Below the pieces are notes generated by a model. The model was not told the DNA's origin. It searched no databases and saw nothing but the letters and a program-made list of their open reading frames with translations. From the IMG/VR virus record IMGVR_UViG_2869924733_000001, positions 1 through 10,216 of that record: 10,216 nucleotides of DNA. One strand, given 5' to 3'. Shown here one piece after another: positions 1-6,569 of the stretch. This DNA is from a virus (Duplodnaviria; Heunggongvirae; Uroviricota; Caudoviricetes). Both the position numbers and the translations under genes were made by a program. Every line of letters begins with the position of its first letter. The stretch's first letter is position 1.

Positions 1-291
1 TTACGTACGCAGCCGCTCCGGTTTTTTCCACTGGTAAGTCTTTTTCTCGCTCTCCCGGTACATCTCCACGCGGCGACGGTAGGCCAGCAACTCGAGTACT
101 CTGGTGCGTATATTGCGCATATCCACGCCGTTAAGCTCAATACCGTCACGGCGCATCACCTCAGCCACCACACGCGCATAGTTCTCAGCGATAACGCTGT
201 CCGGCTGCGTGGCCTCACGTTTGCCTGCTGCCGGGCTGGCTCCGGTAATGCGGCGAATCATTTTGAGCATTTCGGCTTCTGTCATTGTCAT
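1..291 (-). CDS. Hypothetical protein, last gene of the packaging-region operon in this window
   Basis: ORF 1..315 in track begins with TTG; first ATG at 291 has GGAGG 2 nt upstream, second ATG at 285 has 8-nt spacing. Stop codon occupies window positions 1-3. No Cys, basic C-terminus, no family recognised. Confidence 0.45.
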   Translation of the reverse strand: MTMTEAEMLKMIRRITGASPAAGKREATQPDSVIAENYARVVAEVMRRDGIELNGVDMRNIRTRVLELLAYRRRVEMYRESEKKTYQWKKPERLRT

Positions 292-336
292 GGCCTCCGT
301 GGTGATGGAAAACAATGCCGTAATTGTGGCGGGTCC

Positions 337-394
337 TTCCTGGAAAATGAAACACCGGGGGTAGCCATACGCGCAAAAACGCGCTGTTTATGAG
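337..394 (+). repeat. cos-like inverted repeat copy A (palindrome TTCCTGGAA plus 45-bp core GAAACACCG-N13-GCGCAAAAACGCGCT-GTTTATGA)
   Basis: Core at 349-393 matches copy B (1076-1120, opposite orientation) at 9/9 + 15/15 + 7/8 positions with identical spacing; palindrome at 337-345. Confidence 0.4.
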
Positions 395-463
395 ATTTTT
401 TGAGGGGGTGGTTGTTGTTTAATTGTTTGTTATATCCATTTGATAACTAAGAGAAAACTGAAA

Positions 464-560
464 GCAATACAACAACCTGAGGACGTTTTTTTGATGTTAT
501 GGTTCCCAAAATACCAATTAAATCAAATGGTTTAACAAAAATACGCGGTTGTTGTATTGC
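464..560. repeat. Perfect 14-bp inverted repeat GGTTGTTGTATTGC (464-477 inverted, 547-560 direct) flanking a 69-bp AT-rich spacer; related GGTTGTTGT at 410-418
   Basis: Read directly from sequence; lies immediately downstream of the Nu1-like gene stop (568); on the minus-strand RNA the stem would be followed by a U-rich run. Confidence 0.4.
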
Positions 561-567
561 ATACTTA

Positions 568-1008
568 TTAGCTTTCCTGCTCTGTAACTACAGATTGTTG
601 CAGATGCTCACGGCGAACGGCTACGGCATGACGCCACCCAGCCAGAAAGCCAGCCATTTTATTTCGTGCCTTGCTCACATCTTCCGGCGAGTAGCCGTAA
701 ATCTGCAGACCATTATCAAATCGCTGTTCTGTTTCTTCACTGAAATACTCGTCGCGCTCTGATGAAATCAACCTGGCAACCATAATCTTTTCCAGTGCGC
801 TGGTTTCTCCGTGGTACTCAATAGCATCAAGATGACTTTTACCCATGCACCAGAATAATGTGTGTCCGATGTGATAACCGCCGGACTTTCCGCGATCCGC
901 ATCAAGATACGGCATGCCCTGTTTGGTCCATGCGCGAATAGTGGTTCTGTTGACCTTGAAATGTTCTGCTATTTCCTGCTGACTAACAAAACAATCTTTA
1001 TTATTCAT
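568..1008 (-). CDS. Nu1-type small terminase-like winged-HTH DNA-packaging protein (candidate packaging-redirecting protein)
   Basis: N-terminus FVSQQEIAEHFKVNRTTIRAWTKQGMPYL aligns with lambda Nu1 VNKKQLADIFGASIRTIQNWQEQGMPVL (recalled reference); C-terminal half unlike Nu1; ATG at 1008 with AAGG 9 nt upstream; 146 aa. Confidence 0.65.
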   Translation of the reverse strand: MNNKDCFVSQQEIAEHFKVNRTTIRAWTKQGMPYLDADRGKSGGYHIGHTLFWCMGKSHLDAIEYHGETSALEKIMVARLISSERDEYFSEETEQRFDNGLQIYGYSPEDVSKARNKMAGFLAGWRHAVAVRREHLQQSVVTEQES

Positions 1009-1060
1009 AACGTTACCTTAATAATGCGATTAAATATTAATCAAGTGGTGGTGGTGTACC

Positions 1061-1120
1061 CTTTCCCGGAAAGCGTCATAAATAGCGCGTTTTTGCGCCG
1101 CTCCCGCCCCGCGGTGTTTC
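1061..1120 (-). other. cos-like site copy B: cosN-like GC-rich core, shared 45-bp core, and palindrome CTTTCCcGGAAAG (1061-1073), about 55-110 bp upstream of the Nu1-like start
   Basis: Minus-strand reading CGGGGCGGGAGCGGCGCAAAAACGCGCTATTTATGA matches my recollection of lambda cosN and adjacent bases (CGGGGCGGCGACCTCGCGGGTTTTCGCTATTTATGA) at about 24/36 positions with the same spacing, followed by TTTCCGG as in lambda. Confidence 0.45.
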
Positions 1121-1173
1121 TGATTCTGGAAAGGACCCGTGAAAATTGGGGCGATCACCACCGTTCCGGATAC

Positions 1174-1205
1174 AAAAAAATCGCGAGACCTTGCCAGCCT
1201 CGCGA
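1174..1205 (-). terminator. Rho-independent terminator after the capsid operon
   Basis: Minus-strand RNA: stem UCGCGAG(G) / (U)CUCGCGA with about 9-nt loop followed by U7 (plus-strand A7 at 1174-1180); 14 nt downstream of the 1219..1644 ORF stop. Confidence 0.6.
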
Positions 1206-1218
1206 ACGTTCATTTCAG

Positions 1219-1644
1219 TTACTTAACAGACAGCAACAGCTTTTCATCTTCGGTCAGTCCGGCGTTGCCATCACCGGCTGCTGATCCAACACATTTCGGG
1301 CTGTGCTTTTCCATGTACGCTTCAAACAGAAAAGCCGTTTTCTTTTCCTGCATCATTGCCTGGGCATCCACGGCAGCCAGTAACGTTTGTGCATAGGTTA
1401 CTGTCATTACTTCAGAACCACACTCAATCAGCTTACTGGTGAACTCAGGGTATTTTGATGCCAGCGGTAACGCCTTGATACCCTCTATGCGCTGTTTATC
1501 ACTCTCAGCCTTTGCAGTAAGCACCGTTCGGGCTTCTGTCAGTGATGCGCCATTATTTGCGAGATTTTCCGCAAGCGTCGGGTATTTCTGCGCCTCAGGC
1601 AGTGCCATGATCAATGCTCTGGTTGAATTTGCTTTCTCAGTCAT
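1219..1644 (-). CDS. Hypothetical protein with internal tandem repeat (about 32 aa: ALPxAxKYPxL...), in capsid operon
   Basis: ATG at 1644 with GGTGA 4-5 nt upstream; 14-nt gap after gpD-like stop; two similar segments ALPEAQKYPTLAENLANNGASL / ALPLASKYPEFTSKLIECGSEV. Confidence 0.55.
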   Translation of the reverse strand: MTEKANSTRALIMALPEAQKYPTLAENLANNGASLTEARTVLTAKAESDKQRIEGIKALPLASKYPEFTSKLIECGSEVMTVTYAQTLLAAVDAQAMMQEKKTAFLFEAYMEKHSPKCVGSAAGDGNAGLTEDEKLLLSVK

Positions 1645-1658
1645 AAATCACCACAAAA

Positions 1659-1988
1659 TTATTGCCCTAAAGGCTGCACGGAAATACCGGAACCAACAAA
1701 AGCCGACACTTTTTTCTCGAACGTGTCCGCTGTATCAGGCCAGTTAATTTCATCGATATTAAAAACCCCGCACTTATAAACCTGTGCGCGGTTTTTTGTG
1801 GCCGTGTTAATGTCCGATATGGTCAGATACACCGCCTTACCGGGTGTACCGTCCCACTCAACCATCAGGCCCGCGCCGTTCTGCATCAGCGGAGTTCTCG
1901 CTTTAATTTCTCTGGCACTGGCAAAACAGGCCAGCGTGCTGACCAGTTCCTGCGTGCCGGAAAGTAATTGCGTGTAAGGTGTTGGCAT
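1659..1988 (-). CDS. Head decoration protein, lambda gpD family
   Basis: 109 aa against lambda gpD 110 aa; conserved blocks TPLM, W-G-T, Y-K-x-G-x-F, WP, AF-x-G-x-IS at matching spacing (recalled lambda D sequence); AGGGGA RBS 6 nt upstream of ATG. Confidence 0.8.
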   Translation of the reverse strand: MPTPYTQLLSGTQELVSTLACFASAREIKARTPLMQNGAGLMVEWDGTPGKAVYLTISDINTATKNRAQVYKCGVFNIDEINWPDTADTFEKKVSAFVGSGISVQPLGQ

Positions 1989-1998
1989 ACGATCCCCT

Positions 1999-3054
1999 TT
2001 ATTTCACTTCGACGGTAACAAAGCGACCAATATCCACGGGTACTGGCTGCGGGGCGCTGTGCGTCTGCACGTATTCAATCGCCGGATCGCCCGGTACGAT
2101 ATAATTTTTCGGGTAGTACATCCCCTCAGAAAACCCCTCGCGTGCCGCGTCCTGATCCATGATGGCACCATAAGCAACAAGGCCTTTATTTTCGGTATTG
2201 CCGAAAACCATCATGTTTTGTTTCAGGAAATATTGCTGCTGCCCGTCTTCGTCGTCATAACGACCGGAATAAACCACGAGCGCCACATCACCGAGATACC
2301 CCTTGAAGCTGACAACACCGCCCAAATCTTTTAGCGCAAGTTCAAGTGACGAGTTTGAACCGCGGCGCGTGTCCAGGAGTTCGCGGAATCGACGGAACGA
2401 GCGCAAAATACGCCAGGCTTCGCCACCCATGACGATAATATTTACCGTACCTTTGGAAAAATCAGCGTAAGCCTCAATGTCGCTTATCGGATCAAACGTC
2501 TCGGCATCCTGTTTTGACCATTCTTTCCCGCCAGCCTGTGTAATGTGATTGGTTGCGGGTAATCCCCAGTCAATTTCATAACGCTCGATGCCTTCGCCTT
2601 CGATAACGTTCCTGCCTTTTGTGATGGCATTGACCGCCAGCCATTCAATACGTGCTTTGATGGCAGTGATCTGTTTTTTCTGGCTGTCGTGAACCATTTT
2701 TACGCGGCGTAGTGCCGGGGAAGACTGACCATTGCCGATCTGTTCTCCAGCCATGCGCATGATTGTTTTAGTGGGATCAATAACGTGTTTGGGCTTCATA
2801 TAACCCGGCGTGAAAGTGTTCGTTGTAAAACCTTTGTCACGCATAACCTGACTGCCTGACATTGGTGAACAAAACGGACTCATGACCACGTTTTCAATGT
2901 CCAGCGTATCAAGCGCAATATCTCGCGTACTGAACGTGGCGATATTCGGAAAAAACAGCGTCGTAAAGAGCGGATTAAATTTAAATTCCGGCACATCTTC
3001 GCGCCCGATATTTTTCAGTAGCGTTGGTGTGCTTACCAGTTGCAGCGCTGTCAT
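1999..3054 (-). CDS. Major capsid protein, lambda gpE family
   Basis: 351 aa; long collinear similarity to lambda gpE along the whole length (e.g. FKFNPLF, TFTPGYMKPKH, NHITQAGGKEWSKQDAETFDPISDIEAYA, LDTRRGSNSSLE, DVALVVYSG, YPKNYIVPGDPA, QTHSAP), roughly 45-50 percent identity by eye. Confidence 0.9.
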   Translation of the reverse strand: MTALQLVSTPTLLKNIGREDVPEFKFNPLFTTLFFPNIATFSTRDIALDTLDIENVVMSPFCSPMSGSQVMRDKGFTTNTFTPGYMKPKHVIDPTKTIMRMAGEQIGNGQSSPALRRVKMVHDSQKKQITAIKARIEWLAVNAITKGRNVIEGEGIERYEIDWGLPATNHITQAGGKEWSKQDAETFDPISDIEAYADFSKGTVNIIVMGGEAWRILRSFRRFRELLDTRRGSNSSLELALKDLGGVVSFKGYLGDVALVVYSGRYDDEDGQQQYFLKQNMMVFGNTENKGLVAYGAIMDQDAAREGFSEGMYYPKNYIVPGDPAIEYVQTHSAPQPVPVDIGRFVTVEVK

Positions 3055-3260
3055 TACTCACCCCCATGAGGCTGATTCATGCCAAGCGCAGCGCGTAAAT
3101 GACTGCGTACCATCCAGCCGACTGACGGCTTCACCATGCACAACGGATCAAGGCCGACTTTTTTCCCTGCCTCTGCGTTCTCCTCAAAGCGCGCATTAAG
3201 TGCGGCGATAATATCGGGGCTGATGTACACGGATACACCGCCCGGCTTCTGTGTTCCCAT
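3054..3260 (-). CDS. Small hypothetical protein (68 aa) upstream of and translationally coupled to the capsid gene
   Basis: ATG at 3260 preceded by GAGGAA at 9 nt; its TAA stop overlaps the gpE-like ATG (TAATG). Track ORF extends to ATG 3326, which lacks an RBS. Confidence 0.45.
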   Translation of the reverse strand: MGTQKPGGVSVYISPDIIAALNARFEENAEAGKKVGLDPLCMVKPSVGWMVRSHLRAALGMNQPHGGE

Positions 3261-3312
3261 AAATGAGATTCCTCTTTGACTAAAAAACAAACATAACGAA
3301 AAGTCAGCCATG

Positions 3313-3342
3313 ATTTTAATCATCATTGCATTTTTTGCAATG
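3313..3342 (-). promoter_or_regulatory. Candidate sigma70 promoter of the capsid operon with overlapping palindromes
   Basis: Minus strand: -35 TTGCAA (3335-3340), 16-bp spacer, -10 TAAAAT (3313-3318); -35 embedded in inverted repeats CATTGCA-N5-TGCAATG (3324-3342) and TTGCA-A-TGCAA (3335-3345). Confidence 0.35.
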
Positions 3343-3439
3343 CAATTGACTGTTATTGCAAATCATGAAATCATCATGCCGTGGTTTTAATCCTTGTACC
3401 ACAGAGTCATTCAGCATTAATCACGTTAGCGGTATGAAA

Positions 3440-3471
3440 TCCCCCGGAACCTCATCCCGGGGGATTTTTTT
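3440..3471 (+). terminator. Plus-strand intrinsic terminator hairpin (half of a bidirectional pair)
   Basis: 8-bp stem UCCCCCGG / CCGGGGGA, 9-nt loop, followed by T7 (3465-3471). Confidence 0.45.
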
Positions 3472-3475
3472 GCGC

Positions 3476-3503
3476 ACAAAAAAGCCGGGAAAAATCCCGG
3501 CTT
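3476..3503 (-). terminator. Minus-strand intrinsic terminator ending the replication/SSB operon
   Basis: 9-bp stem AAGCCGGGA / UCCCGGCUU with 4-nt loop, followed on the minus strand by UUUUGU; 15 nt downstream of the SSB stop. Confidence 0.55.
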
Positions 3504-3517
3504 CTGTCACTCGTTGC

Positions 3518-3940
3518 TTAAAACGATATGTTATCCCCGTACGGGGCATCATTTCCCGCCTGTTGTTTTGCCCTGTTCAGTGCGTCAGTAGCCTGGCCCT
3601 GCTGGCCTTTTTTGCCGCCCGGTCGCGCCGTTCGCGCACTGATTACGCTGTCTGCGATAACCTGCCAGCCCTGCCGCGTTTCGCCGTTCTGGCCTGTCCA
3701 CTGGCTTACCTGTATGTTACCCGCCACGCTCACCAGTTCGCCTTTGTGGTGTCTGGCCAGTGCGTCGGCCTGTCTGCCAAACGCCAGGACGGATAACCAC
3801 ATCGTCGCCGTTCCGTCATCGGCCTGGCTGCACGGCAGGGGAACCGCCATACTCGCCATCGCCATTTGTGTCCCTTTGCTGGTGGTCTTTAACTGCGGGT
3901 CAGCCACCAGCCGCCCGTAAGCCGCTATCTGTGCTGTCAT
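3518..3940 (-). CDS. ssb: Single-stranded DNA-binding protein (SSB-like, OB fold)
   Basis: N-terminal GRLVADPQLKTTSKGTQMA resembles the SSB motif; conserved W and G-x-V positions; Gly/Gln-rich linker; acidic C-terminal tip DAPYGDNISF comparable to DDDIPF of E. coli SSB; ATGA overlap with upstream ORF. Confidence 0.7.
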   Translation of the reverse strand: MTAQIAAYGRLVADPQLKTTSKGTQMAMASMAVPLPCSQADDGTATMWLSVLAFGRQADALARHHKGELVSVAGNIQVSQWTGQNGETRQGWQVIADSVISARTARPGGKKGQQGQATDALNRAKQQAGNDAPYGDNISF

Positions 3941-4188
3941 GCTGTCACCTCTCCGGTTTTAACGTTGATGGTTGTCACCTGTTCCGCTTCCGCAATTTCC
4001 CGCTCAGTCAGCGTGGCAAAGTTTGCCGCCGCCGTGGTCATGAATGCGCTTATCAGTTCGGGATGTGCTTTCGCGTATCCTTCCCCGGCATGGCGGTCTA
4101 TCGTTCTGATTGCCACCTTTAAGGCGCGCTCTGTCATGTCTAATGCGCGATATTTTGGCGCTGTCTTATCTCTGGTTTTTCTGGTCAT
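3937..4188 (-). CDS. Hypothetical protein (83 aa), first gene after the putative origin, coupled to ssb
   Basis: ATG at 4188 with GGGGAG 9 nt upstream; stop overlaps SSB start (ATGA). Confidence 0.5.
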   Translation of the reverse strand: MTRKTRDKTAPKYRALDMTERALKVAIRTIDRHAGEGYAKAHPELISAFMTTAAANFATLTEREIAEAEQVTTINVKTGEVTA

Positions 4189-4197
4189 TCCTCACTG

Positions 4198-4391
4198 CTC
4201 CCCACTTTTACTACCCACTTTTTGAAATTACCCAACGTCTCCCCACTTCTTTTTTTTGTGATTCTAACGTGATGTTTTTCAATGTATTTTTTATTCCCCA
4301 CTTTTTGGGGTATATACAGGTGAGAAAGTGGGGAATCGCGTTTCAATTTTGTTAAATTCCCCGCACTCCCCACTTTTACTACCCACTTTTT
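4198..4391. repeat. Iteron array, putative replication origin: 26-bp perfect direct repeat CTCCCCACTTTTACTACCCACTTTTT (4198-4223 and 4366-4391) plus further CCCACTT copies
   Basis: Seven copies of CCCACTT(T) (six direct, one inverted at 4327-4333) in about 195 bp; inverted pair CCCCACTTT / AAAGTGGGG flanks AT-rich GGTATATACAGG; immediately 3' of the replication protein gene. Confidence 0.5.
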
Positions 4392-5805
4392 ACAGTGGGC
4401 GCACGTCATCACCGTCAATAGCAATAACGCCATCACCTTCCAGCTTGTACAGCCAGCGCCGGAAGTGTTTCATCTCATACCCCAGCTTTTTCATATCATC
4501 GCGCAACAACGGAATTGTGCATTTATCGCCGCGCTGTGTGCGTGAACGGATACAGCCCCATAGCGCGGCATGATTCTCCGTCTTGTTCCCGGCTTCCTCG
4601 ATGCGCTCCAGTTCAACGGGTGGGCGCGGTTTATCCACAACCACCAGCGACGTGATTAACTCCCCGTCAGTGTCGGTAAAAAGCTCCACCACACGTAAAT
4701 CGTATGCAGCCTCTTTCAGTTCCTCCGCGTCCTTCATTTTGGTGCAGGAGATAACCAGGGCTTCACTGTCTGCACCTTCACGGCGAATACGGTATTCAGC
4801 GTCCAGAGATGCACGAAATGCACTGGAACCACGCGCTCCCTTTGTTTCATCCTTGCCGGAATGGTGAACCACCAGCACCGTGGACCCTGTGCGTCGTTTC
4901 AGTTCGTCACATCCACGGATAAACGCCCCCATATCCCGCGCGTCATTTTCATCATTACCGCCAAAACACCGCGCCAGCGTATCCAGAATAATCATGCGTA
5001 CCGGTTTACCCGTTTCCCTTTCAACCTGGCGGGAAGCGATGACCATTTCATCGACATCAAGCGGGACTGCCGGAAAAATCGGGCGGTTTACCAGGTACAG
5101 ATTTTCCACCCGTTTATCATTAACGATTTCCCATGCCTTGATACGGCGGGGGACACCAATGCCACCTTCACCGACAACATACATCACCGAACCATGCGCC
5201 ACCCTGCGGCCTCCCCAGTGGCGACCCGTGGCAACATGACACGCCCAGGAACACGCGAGGAACGATTTATAGGAACCGCTCGCGCCGTATGTGCTACACA
5301 ATGAATTAGCCGGAATCACGCCTTTAACGACATAATCAAGCTGTGTGTCGTACCCTGCAGATCCAATGCTCATTGGTAGCGTGGTTTTTCGCTGGCTGTA
5401 TTGCTCGTCAGTAAGAATTTCCCCGCGCTCTGCCTGTTCGCGGATCCGTTGCAGGTAGTCGTGCCAGTTCTCCAGCTTCTGGCTGTGCATTCCATCAGGG
5501 TAATAATTCGCATCCCGTACACCTGCCGCCGCCAGCTTTTGCCCGATAGCATTAATATTTGACGGCTTGATGTGGCCTGCCTTGTACAGCCGGACACAAT
5601 AGCGACCATCGTCGATAATTTTCAGGTCTGCCAGTTCGTCAAGCTGGCTGTCTCCAAGCCATACAGGCGGAACATTGTCGCCAGCAAGTCGCCCGTCCTG
5701 CTCCTGCCATTGTTTCGCGTGCGCCCAGGCATCACTACCCGCAAAAATAATGACTTCGGTCATTTTGTCGTGTGGCTGTTTTTTTAAGTTCGGTGCCAGT
5801 TTCAT
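4390..5805 (-). CDS. Replication protein: primase/helicase-type, RecA-fold (AAA_25 / RepA-like) ATPase with N-terminal toprim-like region and C-terminal putative DNA-binding region
   Basis: Walker A YGASGSYKSF, Walker B VRMIILDTLA, and LVVHHSGKDETKGARGSSAFRASLDAEY typical of RepA/DnaB-like helicases; ATG at 5805 with AGGGG 9 nt upstream; ATGA overlap with upstream ORF. Confidence 0.85.
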   Translation of the reverse strand: MKLAPNLKKQPHDKMTEVIIFAGSDAWAHAKQWQEQDGRLAGDNVPPVWLGDSQLDELADLKIIDDGRYCVRLYKAGHIKPSNINAIGQKLAAAGVRDANYYPDGMHSQKLENWHDYLQRIREQAERGEILTDEQYSQRKTTLPMSIGSAGYDTQLDYVVKGVIPANSLCSTYGASGSYKSFLACSWACHVATGRHWGGRRVAHGSVMYVVGEGGIGVPRRIKAWEIVNDKRVENLYLVNRPIFPAVPLDVDEMVIASRQVERETGKPVRMIILDTLARCFGGNDENDARDMGAFIRGCDELKRRTGSTVLVVHHSGKDETKGARGSSAFRASLDAEYRIRREGADSEALVISCTKMKDAEELKEAAYDLRVVELFTDTDGELITSLVVVDKPRPPVELERIEEAGNKTENHAALWGCIRSRTQRGDKCTIPLLRDDMKKLGYEMKHFRRWLYKLEGDGVIAIDGDDVRPL

Positions 5806-6101
5806 TTTGTGCCCCTGAATGCGTTAATCATGTTTTTCATTTTCTGAATATTTGCCCGTGCCTTTGCGTTGCTGGTGGGCTGTCTGCGTGGTGTGGCCTG
5901 TACCAGCGAAAAATCACGCCGGAACTGATAAACAGGCATCACGCAGTCATAGCCGTACCCATCACGGCGGTAAGTAACGCACCGTCCCGCCACGCTTTTA
6001 ATCGTTACCGTGCCGCCGTAGTTATCCCGGAAAATATCGCCGGGGCGGATTTCAGGCCGAGCGGGGCCGCTGGCAGTAAAGCCAGAATTTTTCTGTTTCA
6101 T
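5802..6101 (-). CDS. Hypothetical protein (99 aa), replication operon
   Basis: GAGGAA RBS 9 nt upstream of ATG 6101; stop overlaps primase start. Confidence 0.5.
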   Translation of the reverse strand: MKQKNSGFTASGPARPEIRPGDIFRDNYGGTVTIKSVAGRCVTYRRDGYGYDCVMPVYQFRRDFSLVQATPRRQPTSNAKARANIQKMKNMINAFRGTK

Positions 6102-6106
6102 GGTTT

Positions 6107-6316
6107 TTATTCCTCTGCGCGGGTCTTGTCGTGTATTTCCATAACCGCGTTTAATTCATCAATAACCGGGGTTAACAGAGTGCTGAAAGCAGAAAATAAA
6201 TCCCCCCCCTGTTCGGCATGAACTTCGGTTAATTTAATTAATACCGCTTTCATTTCCAGTGCCCGGTTTAATGCATTCTCAGAATGAATAAGAACATCGA
6301 AAGGGATTTCATTCAT
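6107..6316 (-). CDS. Hypothetical protein (69 aa), replication operon; contains a G8 tract
   Basis: GGAGG 9-10 nt upstream of ATG 6316; coding-strand G8 at 6202-6209 encodes QGGD. Confidence 0.5.
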   Translation of the reverse strand: MNEIPFDVLIHSENALNRALEMKAVLIKLTEVHAEQGGDLFSAFSTLLTPVIDELNAVMEIHDKTRAEE

Positions 6317-6569
6317 GGCTCACCACCTCCGGGAATTTTCTTCTGTAACGCGCCTCTGCAACATATTCCGCATAGTCCGACGCAATATTGAGAATCTCCG
6401 CACCCTCTGACCTGTAGCCACTGGTATTGATAAGAAAAAATGCGGCTTTTATCATGTCAGCAACGCCCAACAATGCGTCTGCTTCGTGTTCCGGTGCGCC
6501 ATCAAATTCCTGTTTCAGGGCATTAAAACGATCATCACGCATAACCCCCCCCATTTTCACAATCAGCAA
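6309..6569 (-). CDS. Hypothetical protein (up to 86 aa; start uncertain: 6569, 6554 or 6542)
   Basis: ORF from track; candidate starts overlap the end of the upstream Icd-like ORF and a G8 tract (6545-6552); 8-nt overlap with downstream ORF start. Confidence 0.4.
   Translation of the reverse strand: MLIVKMGGVMRDDRFNALKQEFDGAPEHEADALLGVADMIKAAFFLINTSGYRSEGAEILNIASDYAEYVAEARYRRKFPEVVSHE

Noticed and set aside
292-1218. P2/P4-type cos site (GGCGAGGCGGGGAAAGCAC) and Ogr/Delta-type TGT-N12-ACA late-promoter sites
   Set aside because: Not found by eye in the intergenic regions; the cos-like sequence present resembles lambda cos instead, so P2-helper-type packaging and activation are not supported.
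499-3199. Plus-strand ORFs 499..762, 862..1284, 1139..1396, 1439..1747, 2059..2334, 2882..3199
   Set aside because: All lie antisense to better-supported minus-strand genes (Nu1-like, 141-aa ORF, gpD-like, gpE-like) or across intergenic regulatory DNA.
3356-4122. Plus-strand ORFs 3356..3796, 3528..3920, 3760..4122
   Set aside because: 3356 starts with TTG and reads straight through both terminator hairpins; all three are antisense to the SSB and upstream ORF; Pro/Cys/Ser-rich translations.
4198-4391. Possible CRISPR array suggested by the 26-bp repeat
   Set aside because: Only two long copies with a 168-bp interval filled by shorter degenerate units; no regular repeat-spacer periodicity and no cas genes.
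4185-4436. 83-aa minus-strand ORF across the iteron region
   Set aside because: It is the translation of the repeats themselves (KKWVVKVGS appears twice) and overlaps the end of the replication gene; taken as non-coding origin DNA.
4583-6221. Plus-strand ORFs 4583..4867, 4861..5304, 4880..5239, 5572..5787, 5772..6221 antisense to the replication operon
   Set aside because: Overlapping shadow frames opposite tightly packed, translationally coupled minus-strand genes.
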